Assembly: GCA_001563335.1 (NCBI GenBank)
Contig: LRSL01000072.1
Coordinates: 1 to 51,214 of the forward strand
Origin: Candidatus Thorarchaeota archaeon SMTZ1-45
GTDB lineage: Archaea; Asgardarchaeota; Thorarchaeia; Thorarchaeales; Thorarchaeaceae
Reading direction: 5' to 3'
DNA length: 51,214 bases
Shown here in pieces: positions 9,027-19,206 of this stretch; position 1 is the first letter of the stretch, and each line of letters starts with the position of its first letter. A model generated the notes under the pieces. That model searched no databases, was not told where the DNA came from, and worked only from the letters and a program-made list of their open reading frames with translations. The position numbers were made by a program, and so were the translations under genes.

Positions 9027-9725
9027 GTGCAGGAGGTCATTGAGCTAGGTTTACTACTAGTCAAGCTTGCTGGAGTCTTTGGATCTGGCTTATTCATAGC
9101 AATTTCGCCTTGCCTATTCCCGCTGTTACCACTGTTTCTAATCAATAGTCTTCAATCAGCTGATAGCCGAAGAAGAAGTGTTGTTGTAACAATAGCTCTC
9201 GTTGCTGGTATTCTTAGTTCAGTAGGATTCTTTATTGCTATAGCTGGTTTCATCGGTAGTTTTCTCATAGACTATTATATTGAATTTCAAGCGGCAATTG
9301 GACTCATTATTCTCTTCCTAGGTATAGTAATGATGTCGCATACATTGCAAATGAAACTGCGGCTCTCATCCCTTAGTCTAAAATCTCAACCATCAGCTCC
9401 AACAAACTTGTTGAGTGTGTATATAGTAGGCTTAGGCTATTCTCTTTTAGCTGCTCCATGTTCAGGTCCTGCGATACTAGGCACAGTAGCTCTCTTTGGT
9501 ACTGAAACCAATCTATTCACGATCATCTTACTGTTTTTGGTACTCTCTATTGCCATCGCGATTCCGTACCTCTTGATAGCTGTGGTAACTGGAGAAGCGA
9601 GAATGAGAATGGCTAAAACCATTAGCAGTCAAGCACGAAAGATTGAGCTTGTTGCTGGAATAATCCTTGTAATAATTGGATTGCTCCTTTTCGTACAACT
9701 CTTTGGTTTTAGATTCTATTTTTAA
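9027..9725 (+). CDS. ccdA: Cytochrome c biogenesis / disulfide transporter CcdA (DsbD TM domain)
   Basis: SPCLFPLLP and APCSGPAIL motifs, about 6 TM helices. Confidence 0.9.
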   Translation: MQEVIELGLLLVKLAGVFGSGLFIAISPCLFPLLPLFLINSLQSADSRRRSVVVTIALVAGILSSVGFFIAIAGFIGSFLIDYYIEFQAAIGLIILFLGIVMMSHTLQMKLRLSSLSLKSQPSAPTNLLSVYIVGLGYSLLAAPCSGPAILGTVALFGTETNLFTIILLFLVLSIAIAIPYLLIAVVTGEARMRMAKTISSQARKIELVAGIILVIIGLLLFVQLFGFRFYF

Positions 9726-9769
9726 CGTTAAGTAAAAAGATGTAAAACCCCGTTCAACATCGTGAAATC

Positions 9770-11617
9770 ATGCTTCCATCAAAAATCCTCAACTTGGATT
9801 CTGCATTAAGCATACCAACGATTAGAGTGGTTAAGGTTTCTCCAGATAAGAAACATCTCGCTCTATCAATCAATAGGATACACGAGAACTATGACGTCTT
9901 TTTGAAGTCCACTGATGGAACCGGGGAATTAGTTCCACTAACTAGGACTTCTGAGGTTACACTAATTAAGGATTGGTTTCCAGATTCCAAATCCATTCTT
10001 GTAAGCGAGGACAAAGCTAAAGATGAAAGAGTCACACTCTATAGAGTATTTCTCGATAGTCTTAATCAGATGGAATCTCTAACTGAAATTGAACCAAAGT
10101 TCTTCATGCATGGAGGTCGCTTCAGTCCAAGGGGAGATTTCATCACTTATTCTGTAAACTATGATTTTGACATCAAGAGGGAAACTGAAACCTATAGAAT
10201 TGTCATTCAAGATTTAGAGTCTGGATCAAAGACTGTAGTTGCTCGACCAGATAAATCAACATATATGATACCCTCTATTGATCCAAATGGACGATATGTA
10301 TTATACAATAGATCTGATGAAGATCCTTCAGGTGTTCAGTGGTGGATAGCATCAATAGATGGGAATGAAGATAGGGAGATTCTAAATTTTGGTTCAAAAG
10401 CTAAAGTGAATGCAGAATGGATGGATGACGGGAGAATTCTCTTCGATACAGACACAATTGATGGTGTCCGTCATGATTTTGTCGGAATTGGCATCTATGA
10501 TTTGTCTTCAGACAAAGCTATCTGGTTATCGAACCCTGTACTGGGTGGCAGATTCAGCTCTGCAAGTGTCCCGAGGTATTCTAATCACATCATCATGGCA
10601 GAGGAGAATGATGCTCGAACGAAACCATCAATTCTTGATCTTGAAACTGAAATAGTTCGGGATATCACACCAACACATGGAAATCTGTGGCCTATTACCA
10701 ATATCGGGAATGGAGACTGGCTTGGTCTTTTCTATAGTTCAACTCATCCTTATGATGTGGTACGATTCAATCCAAGCGAATTGAATCCCTCAAACTTTGT
10801 TCTTATTACAAACATGCTAAGCTACAGTTCAATACAACAACAAGATCTAAAGCAAGCAGAAGAAATGAGATGGATTTCTGAGGATGGAACTCAGATTCAT
10901 GGATGGTTGTATCGAGCTCTGGACTATAATGGAAAAACAATAGTAGCAGTACATGGTGGTCCTGATGCACACTCAGAGGATGCCCTCGATCCGAAGATCC
11001 AATATTTTTGTTCATTAGGATACAATGTACTTGATCCCAATTACCGTGGGTCCACGGGATATGGAGTTAACTTTCGAGAGTTAATTAAGAAAGATGGGTG
11101 GGGCGGTCTCGACAAGGAAGATATCAGATCCGGTATCGAATATATGATTGAAAATGGACTCGCGTTTCATGGCAAAGTTGGAATTTATGGTACAAGTTAT
11201 GGAGGATATATGAGTTGGCTTGCTATCACCCAGTTCCCACCTGATATTGTGGCAGCAGCTGCACCAATTTGCGGTATGACTGACTTAATTGTTGACTATG
11301 AAACTACAAGACCTGATTTGAGAAGGTTTTCAGAGGAGGGTATGGGTGGTTCTCCAGGTGATATACCTGAGCTGTACCGAGAGAGATCTCCAATCAACTA
11401 TGTTCAAAACATTCGTGGTAAACTCTTGATAGTACAGGGTCTAAGAGATCCTAATGTCACAAATGCCAATGTAGTGGATGTGGAAAAAAGACTTCAAACA
11501 CATCGGATTCCTTATGATAAGCTGGTCTTTGATGATGAAGGTCACGGGATTTATCGTGAAAAGAACATCAAATTGTTATTAGAACGTCTTGCGGAATTTT
11601 TTGATCGTTCTCTTTGA
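9770..11617 (+). CDS. S9 family (acylaminoacyl/prolyl oligo-) peptidase
   Basis: Beta-propeller region then VHGGP, NYRGSTGYG, GTSYGG nucleophile, D in RDPNV, EGHG. Confidence 0.95.
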   Translation: MLPSKILNLDSALSIPTIRVVKVSPDKKHLALSINRIHENYDVFLKSTDGTGELVPLTRTSEVTLIKDWFPDSKSILVSEDKAKDERVTLYRVFLDSLNQMESLTEIEPKFFMHGGRFSPRGDFITYSVNYDFDIKRETETYRIVIQDLESGSKTVVARPDKSTYMIPSIDPNGRYVLYNRSDEDPSGVQWWIASIDGNEDREILNFGSKAKVNAEWMDDGRILFDTDTIDGVRHDFVGIGIYDLSSDKAIWLSNPVLGGRFSSASVPRYSNHIIMAEENDARTKPSILDLETEIVRDITPTHGNLWPITNIGNGDWLGLFYSSTHPYDVVRFNPSELNPSNFVLITNMLSYSSIQQQDLKQAEEMRWISEDGTQIHGWLYRALDYNGKTIVAVHGGPDAHSEDALDPKIQYFCSLGYNVLDPNYRGSTGYGVNFRELIKKDGWGGLDKEDIRSGIEYMIENGLAFHGKVGIYGTSYGGYMSWLAITQFPPDIVAAAAPICGMTDLIVDYETTRPDLRRFSEEGMGGSPGDIPELYRERSPINYVQNIRGKLLIVQGLRDPNVTNANVVDVEKRLQTHRIPYDKLVFDDEGHGIYREKNIKLLLERLAEFFDRSL

Positions 11618-11668
11618 AGGTGTTAAGCTTCATATTGTTCCGTGAGTTGTGGATAAGGGGACTCGGTT

Positions 11669-13975
11669 ATGATTCGTCATAGCGTAGCGTTGCTGTTGAT
11701 TGCTATAATAGGACTATCATTTCTGACAGATTGGTATACACCTGCTGCAATGAAGAAACCAGTGGTTAAAATTACTAGCAGGCAACCTGCATTATCATAT
11801 ATCCCTTATGAACCGTTTAATATCTCCTCTGATGTGGATTTTGAAACACAGTCATGGCCAGGAAATGGAACCCAAACTAATCCCTATCTAATTGAGAATC
11901 TGAACATCACAACTAATAGTTCACCGTGTATCTGGATCATGAATACTACAAGCTACTTTGTAGTCCAAAACTGCTTGTTCACTTCTTCTATCCAGGAATA
12001 TACTCCTTACTATCCTCTCAATACACTCACAATCACAAATGTGAGCAATGGCGAGATAAATGGTAATTACATTATAGAGAGCCCTACTGGTATATCTGCT
12101 TACTCTATTTCAAATTGTAAGATTATTAACAATCAATTCAATGTTTCATGGTCGATTATTGAAGCTCGGTTATGCAATTTTACCACAATCAGTAATAACA
12201 ATCAAGAAATTGATTCATGTGACTATGGCATAAGTATTTTCGGCAGTAGAAATTGCACAATTTCACAGAATTCATTCACTAGTAATAAGCACTGTGGAAT
12301 TATTGTAGGAGCCAGTCATTTCTCAAGTATTACTGAGAATATAATCATTGCATTTGAACCATACTACATGACATGGGTTGAATGGACTGGTATCTATCTA
12401 CAAGGGGGTGAGTACTGCTTAGTTAATAATAATGAGATAGTCGGTGCTGATCCATTCGGTTGCAGTTTTGAATGCCCAGTGTCCATAGGTATTGATATTT
12501 CAGGATTTGGGCATATTGTGGAAGATAATAATATCATATTAAACAGACGAGGAATTCTAGTCCATGCAAATAACACCATTCTAAGAAGAAATATTCTTAC
12601 TAATAATTACGTTTCATTCGAACTTGCGATAGCAAATGAAACTGATGTTTATGAGAATTCCATATCCGGTTATGAAAGCATTTTAGAAACCGGAATTACC
12701 ATTAGCGGTGGATTTGACTGTACCATCCACTCGAACTTGATTTCTCATGTCGGACAGGGTATTGTTCTACAAGGGGCAAGTGGATTCAATATTAGTCAAA
12801 ACATTGTCAATGACTCCAGATACGGATTGAAATTTAGTTGGGCTCCTAGCTGGTACTATGCTGATGCAGGTCCCTCATTTGATTGCGACATAATTGGAAA
12901 CTCCTTGAGTACTGGAGGAATTTATCCTAACATAGAAAATTTTGATAGTTGGGATTTCAATACGATTCGTTTTCTAAATAATACAGTAAATGCGAAGTCC
13001 ATCGGTTTCTATGCTTATCTAGATGGAACTGTTATTGATGGGAATGACTATGGTCAAATATTCTTAGTCAGTTGTAATAATGTTACATTGACTGAAGGAG
13101 ATTTTCATGGAATCACATCAGATAGATGGATTTGGGATGAAGATCATAGCCCTGGAATGGCCTCTGCCATTACCCTACTTGATTGTCAAGGTTGTGAAAT
13201 CAGCGGTGTTCGTTATCATAACAACACAATTGGAATGAACATTCAGGAATCAACTGACATCATTATATCCAGTCCAATTGGATTTGACAATAGCTGGGCA
13301 GCAACCATAGTCTGGCGCTCAGATACTATTGTGCTCTCAGGATGTGTATTCAAAAATAACCTGAAGGGTATTGCTGCAGGTTGGTCATGGGATGTTCAGA
13401 TTTTCACAAGCTATATCTTTGAGAATAATGAAGGTCTTATACTAGCTAACAGCCCAAATTGCTCGATTCTAAATAATGTTATCTTTGAAAATACTGATGC
13501 CATACTTCTTGAAGAGTCAGATATATGTGAAATTAGAGGAAATACTATCTATTTGAATTCTCAGGGCATTTTATTGAGTGGTTCATCAGATTGCAAGATA
13601 ACTCAAAATAATGTCTACAACTCCACCGGCGTTGGAATATGGTTAGATCTCACCTCTCATCGGAATGAGATATACAATAATGTGTTTGCATACAATTCTC
13701 CTAACGCGATTTGTGAAGGATCATCGAACCACTGGGATGATCAGGTTGATACTGGAAATTGGTGGTCGGATTATGCTGGTGACGGACCATATATCATCGA
13801 TGAGGATGACCAAGACAACTTTCCAAACCGTAATATAACTACAACATCATCAACGACCACATTAGAGCCACGGAATATTGACCCGCTTCTTTTAGGACTT
13901 GCAGGTGGAGTGATTGGAATCATCGCTATTGCCATCATGATAATTGATAGACGTCGTGTGAAAATAATTGACTAG
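11669..13975 (+). CDS. Surface protein with right-handed beta-helix (NosD/CASH) repeats, signal peptide and C-terminal TM anchor
   Basis: WPGNGTQTNPYLIENLNI, many N..GI.L..S.NC.I..N repeats, GNWWSDY, Thr-rich linker, terminal TM plus RRR. Confidence 0.88.
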   Translation: MIRHSVALLLIAIIGLSFLTDWYTPAAMKKPVVKITSRQPALSYIPYEPFNISSDVDFETQSWPGNGTQTNPYLIENLNITTNSSPCIWIMNTTSYFVVQNCLFTSSIQEYTPYYPLNTLTITNVSNGEINGNYIIESPTGISAYSISNCKIINNQFNVSWSIIEARLCNFTTISNNNQEIDSCDYGISIFGSRNCTISQNSFTSNKHCGIIVGASHFSSITENIIIAFEPYYMTWVEWTGIYLQGGEYCLVNNNEIVGADPFGCSFECPVSIGIDISGFGHIVEDNNIILNRRGILVHANNTILRRNILTNNYVSFELAIANETDVYENSISGYESILETGITISGGFDCTIHSNLISHVGQGIVLQGASGFNISQNIVNDSRYGLKFSWAPSWYYADAGPSFDCDIIGNSLSTGGIYPNIENFDSWDFNTIRFLNNTVNAKSIGFYAYLDGTVIDGNDYGQIFLVSCNNVTLTEGDFHGITSDRWIWDEDHSPGMASAITLLDCQGCEISGVRYHNNTIGMNIQESTDIIISSPIGFDNSWAATIVWRSDTIVLSGCVFKNNLKGIAAGWSWDVQIFTSYIFENNEGLILANSPNCSILNNVIFENTDAILLEESDICEIRGNTIYLNSQGILLSGSSDCKITQNNVYNSTGVGIWLDLTSHRNEIYNNVFAYNSPNAICEGSSNHWDDQVDTGNWWSDYAGDGPYIIDEDDQDNFPNRNITTTSSTTTLEPRNIDPLLLGLAGGVIGIIAIAIMIIDRRRVKIID

Positions 13976-14727
13976 CCAAAAAGGTTCTCTGAATCTGAAC
14001 GAATGATTTCAAATGCTGAACCATTAATCATATCGATTTCCACCCCTCGGATGATAACTACTGGAACACCTTCATCTGCTTGCCCCATTACAAGCTCAGC
14101 TGCACTAGCGAGTTGATCTGCAAGGCAAACAAGAGACCCCTTCAGCTCATTTCCGAAGATGTCTTCTTTTCCAACATTGCGTGTAAAAGGGGACATCCCC
14201 GCAACACCAATCGCAAGATTGACCGCACCTTTTCTCCAAGGTCTCCCCTGAGTATCGGTAATGATTACCGGTACCCTGAATCCAGCCTGCTTCGACAACG
14301 AATCACTAATTCTCATGGCTGATTTATCTGGATCATCAGGAAGGGCAACAAGACTACCTGGAGGGGCATTGCTTGCATCAACTCCTGCAAAATCTGTGAT
14401 CAGTCCCTGTTTAGTCCTTGTGATTAAGACAGGAATTTCTTTCAAGACCTCACTTGCTTCACGAAGAGATACCTCTACATGTTCCTTAGAATGCTCCGTC
14501 TTTTCAGCAATCCTTTTTGCCCTGTCTGAAACCTCTATCTCATCAATTCGGTACAACTTATCCTCTGAAACTGATACAATCGAGTGTGTGACTGCAACGA
14601 TGTCACCCTTTGCAAGTTGAATGTCATTCTTCTGAAGCGTTGTCAGAATCAGAACTGAAATTATGTCTCCTACCTTAACAATTGGAAAATCATTGAGTGG
14701 AATCAGGTCAATCTGTTTGCTATTCAT
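13972..14727 (-). CDS. cofE: Coenzyme F420-0:L-glutamate ligase
   Basis: AGVDASN, LPDDPDKSA, VIITDTQGRPWRKG, ADQLASAAELVMGQADEGVPVVIIRG. Confidence 0.93.
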   Translation of the reverse strand: MNSKQIDLIPLNDFPIVKVGDIISVLILTTLQKNDIQLAKGDIVAVTHSIVSVSEDKLYRIDEIEVSDRAKRIAEKTEHSKEHVEVSLREASEVLKEIPVLITRTKQGLITDFAGVDASNAPPGSLVALPDDPDKSAMRISDSLSKQAGFRVPVIITDTQGRPWRKGAVNLAIGVAGMSPFTRNVGKEDIFGNELKGSLVCLADQLASAAELVMGQADEGVPVVIIRGVEIDMINGSAFEIIRSDSENLFG

Positions 14728-15352
14728 TACCGGTAGACTCTAAATCTTCTGTTGATATCTCTTCGTAATTCTCATATTCCTCTGTTCTATACTTCCCAAA
14801 ACGTGCTTGAATTGCTAGATTCTCAGGAATGATGATGAAAATCAGAGTTCCAATCAAGATATTGATTAACGCTTGGATAACATTCGGGATTATGAATGTG
14901 GCGGAGAGAGCTAAGGCCCCTTCCTGAGGCATACCATATAACCATTGAATCAGGAAGATGTTTGTGATATACATACCAATAGCTCGGAAAATAACACCAA
15001 ATACGATGTAAGTTGGCACTGAAACTCTCCAATCGTATGTACGATTCCTGAGAACCAGCTTAGCTATTATTAGTCCAAGGAGGGTGTAGAATTCAGCAAA
15101 TCCCTTGAATATCGATCCAATAAGATTTCGATATGCAATTGCTACCCACATGATGGGGATAAGTATGAGGGAAAAGATGCTCCCATAGGCAAGAAAAACA
15201 ATTGTAATTGGGATGCCAGTTGGGTCCAAAGTGAAACCCCCAAAAAGTGGTATATCGGTGAGAAAAGGGATTGGTAGTATTTCCAAAGCCAATATCATTG
15301 CTGCAAATATGGCTAGAATAGCGATGCTTTTTGAATCAGTCCTCAACTTCAT
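14720..15352 (-). CDS. ECF transporter S component (RibU-like, substrate uncertain)
   Basis: SKSIAILAIFAAM (AxxxA), FTLDPTGIP, about 6 TM helices, PNVIQALIN; overlaps cofE start by 8 nt. Confidence 0.7.
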   Translation of the reverse strand: MKLRTDSKSIAILAIFAAMILALEILPIPFLTDIPLFGGFTLDPTGIPITIVFLAYGSIFSLILIPIMWVAIAYRNLIGSIFKGFAEFYTLLGLIIAKLVLRNRTYDWRVSVPTYIVFGVIFRAIGMYITNIFLIQWLYGMPQEGALALSATFIIPNVIQALINILIGTLIFIIIPENLAIQARFGKYRTEEYENYEEISTEDLESTGNE

Positions 15353-15760
15353 TCTCAGAGAGTTCTCCTGATTTGAAAATTGGTAGTTCTTGAGATTGCG
15401 CTGAGTACCACCGAGTTAAAAGGTGATTGCATATGCTGCAAATAGAAACAAAAAAGATGTCAATCCCCGGTACAGCGATTATGGCCTTTGAGAATAGATT
15501 CTCTAATGTTTTTGTTGTATCTCTAAAGCATGTTTTTTCATTTGCTCCTGTGAGCTGAATACTTTGCTACAGAGTTTGCACTCGAAATGATTGGTTTTCC
15601 TATTCATCAATATCACATTAACTATTGTTATTAATTTTTATTAACTTTTTCTATAATGTTAATAATATTTTGAGAGTGGTTTTTCATTCACAAGGACTAG
15701 TTTGAACGAAATGAGTTCATAAAAGATTGACAATAAAAATACTAGAGGTGAATATGTGCT

Positions 15761-18082
15761 ATGAAGCACGTCAATATGAAAATGATATTAGGATTAATAG
15801 TTTCGATAATCTTTCTCTTGGGGGCATTTGCAGCCCCTGTATCCGCTGTTCAGACAAATATCAAGATTGAAAAATACAATCAGGGATATGCATCAGGTAC
15901 AAATAATCACACATACATGTACATTGAGCCTGATCCATTGAAAATGGTTTCTAGAGGTACTATGCATCTGAACGAGGATTTGGATTATACGACCTACACC
16001 TATGATGGTACTGGTTGGACATCACCTGACTCTTCTCTTTTTAAGGACACGAATGTTCAGTTCAACTGGCTGCCATTTAGTGGGTGGTCAACTGGACCTT
16101 TCGCAAATCCGGTTGATATGCCTGTGTTCTTTGACTTCACAGCAACAGATGGAAGTGACTTCGTCGTCAACACGACCTTAGAGATGCGAACATTCGGACT
16201 CACATTTGGCCAGCACACCGCGGTGCTTGCCGATGCTGGATACACGTATTTCGGAACACTGGGTGTAGGTGGCGAGGAGTTTGTGCACTTGACTGTAGAA
16301 AGCAAACAGGATGATATCTCTTGGTTCATTTTAGTGTATGATCCAGAAGGCCGCTACATTACTGGATACTCAGGTTCAGATGGAAACATCTGGACTATTC
16401 CGTTCAAGCCCTCAGGTCCTGGCACACACTATATAATATTGCATGCGTTTCCAGGATCTGGTACCTTTGGTCTCTTTGATTTCTTACCAGTTGCCATATC
16501 ACCACAAGCAATATCTGCGGATGGTGTCGTAACCGGTAACTTACCTTCTAGTGAGTTTGTCCTTGACCCTGAAACTGGAAGTTTCGTCTATAGGGAAATG
16601 GCACCAACTGTTCATACCTACAAGGTCAGCTCTCCAGATGATGTAGCCTCCATATCTTATGCTTTCAACTACCCAATTGGATCCATTGGACCTCCTCAAC
16701 CAGTCAGTATTCGCTTTACAAGTGGCGAGTTCCATTATGGATATGATGGTGGAAACCGGTACGAGTATGTTGATGGATCCCCAGCTACCGGTGTGTACTT
16801 CTTCAGAGGTGGACCATATTACGTAACAGTCGTTGGTGGTGATGGTACAGAATACACACTATACCATCAGGCTAATAGTTATGGCGTACTTCCAACTAAT
16901 AGGGAGTTCCAGTTTGAGAACTACATGGGTGCAACTGTCACACAAGCATACACACTCGACGTTGATGAGCCATCTCTCCTAAGAGTAAACTCCACTGCAA
17001 CTAGCGGGGAGCTTTCTATCAGATTGAGGGGCCTCTACGAGGATGGATATCGCGTTGATCGGACACTCACCTTTGATACCAATATGCTGAGTTCCAGCGA
17101 ATACTATCTGCCAGTTGGTGTATATTTTGTTGAAATGGAAATCGATAACGGAGTAAATGAGTGGGTGGAATTCAACATGGGTCCCATTGTTAGTGACACA
17201 AACACACAGATTGTTGATGTTGGTGGATTCTTCGTTGATACTGAAATATTCCAGATGTATAACATGACTATTTTCTTGAACAATCAGGATAATGTCACAG
17301 TCGGACTTGATGTAACAATCTACGATGCATCCGGACGCGCGCTATACAGTGCGGGGATGGTTCTCGCTAATCGATGGGATGGTTCTCAGATAGTCCCGCA
17401 TCCTGTCTACTGGGCTAATGATACTTTCTACTACACTGGACACGACTGGTATGACAGTCATGCCTTTGTTGGGATCTGCGCCTATCTTGTTGATAACAAC
17501 ACTGTGGGTGCTACAAACAACTACCAGGATTACCCTGTTGATCTCACAATTCAATGGGTGAGTAGACTAAATGACTACTATGTCACTATTGAGGATCTCG
17601 ATGTTGCTACAGGATCTGCATCACATAACTTCTTGTTACCAGCTCCCGGGGGGTCAAACGAAATCCATGGTTTGATGTTAAATACGACACCAGGGACATG
17701 GTACAATGTATCAGTAATGACGGATAACGTTACTGGTTTCAATGCAGTTCTTTATAGTGCATATGATGGAAGAACGCACCAAACACCTTGGGGGGACCTT
17801 AATGACGAGTACGTAGGATCTGTTGCAGAGTTCTCTTTCCAGTTTGGAGCTGTTTCTGATTATCTATTCTTGGAATTGGATATAACAAGGACTCCTGCTA
17901 ACGATGGATTCCTTTGGATTCAGATCACCCCAATGGAAACTTATCCACTTCTGGTCGAAGGGATAACACCACTCGGTCCAGATCTCCTTGCAATGCTAGG
18001 TGGAATTGCAATTCCAGCTGCTATTGGAGTTGGAGTAATAGTAGTTGTCTATATAGTGTATGTTAAGAGATTCAAAAAATAA
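15761..18082 (+). CDS. Large secreted beta-rich surface protein with C-terminal TM anchor
   Basis: Signal peptide, T/Y/G/V-rich body, many NxT/S sequons, terminal TM plus KRFKK; GAGGTGA SD. Confidence 0.8.
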   Translation: MKHVNMKMILGLIVSIIFLLGAFAAPVSAVQTNIKIEKYNQGYASGTNNHTYMYIEPDPLKMVSRGTMHLNEDLDYTTYTYDGTGWTSPDSSLFKDTNVQFNWLPFSGWSTGPFANPVDMPVFFDFTATDGSDFVVNTTLEMRTFGLTFGQHTAVLADAGYTYFGTLGVGGEEFVHLTVESKQDDISWFILVYDPEGRYITGYSGSDGNIWTIPFKPSGPGTHYIILHAFPGSGTFGLFDFLPVAISPQAISADGVVTGNLPSSEFVLDPETGSFVYREMAPTVHTYKVSSPDDVASISYAFNYPIGSIGPPQPVSIRFTSGEFHYGYDGGNRYEYVDGSPATGVYFFRGGPYYVTVVGGDGTEYTLYHQANSYGVLPTNREFQFENYMGATVTQAYTLDVDEPSLLRVNSTATSGELSIRLRGLYEDGYRVDRTLTFDTNMLSSSEYYLPVGVYFVEMEIDNGVNEWVEFNMGPIVSDTNTQIVDVGGFFVDTEIFQMYNMTIFLNNQDNVTVGLDVTIYDASGRALYSAGMVLANRWDGSQIVPHPVYWANDTFYYTGHDWYDSHAFVGICAYLVDNNTVGATNNYQDYPVDLTIQWVSRLNDYYVTIEDLDVATGSASHNFLLPAPGGSNEIHGLMLNTTPGTWYNVSVMTDNVTGFNAVLYSAYDGRTHQTPWGDLNDEYVGSVAEFSFQFGAVSDYLFLELDITRTPANDGFLWIQITPMETYPLLVEGITPLGPDLLAMLGGIAIPAAIGVGVIVVVYIVYVKRFKK

Positions 18083-18087
18083 AGTAC

Positions 18088-18132
18088 GGATTCGACCTAG
18101 TTTGTCACTAGGTCAATCCCCTTCTTTTTTTT
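18088..18132 (+). terminator. Hairpin plus T-run terminator
   Basis: GGATT-C-GACCTAG / CTAGGTC-AATCC stem (18088-18119) followed by CTTCTTTTTTTT. Confidence 0.7.
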
Positions 18133-18393
18133 CATCTGAGAATGAACTTCTACCTTTGACTGCTGAGGGTTGTATTCTCGGTCATTTCAGTTCAGTTGGA
18201 GTAGTGGTTGTCAATGATAGAGTTGTTCTCGTAGTTCTTTCTCGAGTCAACATAAAGAAACTGAAGAACGAGTAATATAGTACCAGTCATAATTCAATAC
18301 AGGACTGGTGTTTCTTCTCATTTTCAAGGTAAAACCTTTTGCCCATTGATTCATATTGAAGGTTTAATAGAAAGAAATTGGTGACTTGATAAG

Positions 18394-19152
18394 ATGACAA
18401 TAGGTGATTCGGTTGCTTGGTATGAAGATGATAAATTATGGGAAATTATGGAACCTATAATGTTCACAGAAGCAAGAATTGCCTATACTACAGATGAAGT
18501 TGATTCTATCAAATCACTCTGCAAGATTCAACAAGATGAAACAATTCTGGACCTTTGTTGCGGCATAGGGCGGCACTCATTGGAATTTGCTCGAAGGGGT
18601 CACAGGGTTGTGGGAGTAGATCGTACAGAGCTGTATTTAGAAAGGGCACGGAGAAGTGCTGAAGATGAGAAACTAGATATTGAGTTCGTGTTGGATGACA
18701 TGCGAACGTTTCATAGAAAGAATTCATTCGATGTAGTCCTAAGTATGTTCACATCTTTTAGCTATTTTGAAGATCATGAAGAACAGATTCTTGTCCTTCG
18801 GAATATCTATTCCTCTTTACGCGCAGGTGGAAGATTCATCCTTGAATCGATGGGAAAAGAGGTGCTTGCAAGGATATTCCTGCGGCAGAGCTGGTCTGAA
18901 TGGTCCCATGGTTTCATGCTTGAGGAACGAGAAGCCATTGAGAATTGGAGCAAGATGCATAATACTTGGATTTTCATTGAAAGGAATGGGTCTATAAACA
19001 AGTGGGATGTAACCCACTGGATATACTCAGCCACTGAGATTAAAAAGATGTTTGAGGATGTAGGATTCTCAGATGTCAAGATCTATGGCGGACTTGATGG
19101 AAGAGAGTACGATAATGAAGCAACAAGGCTTGTTGTAATCGGTACTAAGTAA
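18394..19152 (+). CDS. Class I SAM-dependent methyltransferase
   Basis: ILDLCCGIGRHS, GVD, DMR, FDVVLSMFTSFSYF. Confidence 0.93.
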   Translation: MTIGDSVAWYEDDKLWEIMEPIMFTEARIAYTTDEVDSIKSLCKIQQDETILDLCCGIGRHSLEFARRGHRVVGVDRTELYLERARRSAEDEKLDIEFVLDDMRTFHRKNSFDVVLSMFTSFSYFEDHEEQILVLRNIYSSLRAGGRFILESMGKEVLARIFLRQSWSEWSHGFMLEEREAIENWSKMHNTWIFIERNGSINKWDVTHWIYSATEIKKMFEDVGFSDVKIYGGLDGREYDNEATRLVVIGTK

Positions 19153-19206
19153 GCATATTGGAAACCCTTTTCATTGCTGAAACACAGGGCATAGGAAGTG
19201 AGAGAG

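Noticed and set aside
15353-15760. FMN riboswitch upstream of the S-component gene
   Set aside because: No RFN consensus (such as AGGGCGGGGYGAAAUUCCCRACCGGYGG) is visible on either strand.
18060-18330. 71-aa ORF and small ACCAGTC/GACTGGT inverted repeat
   Set aside because: The ORF overlaps the previous gene and its terminator and has no motif; the 7-bp repeat alone is too weak.
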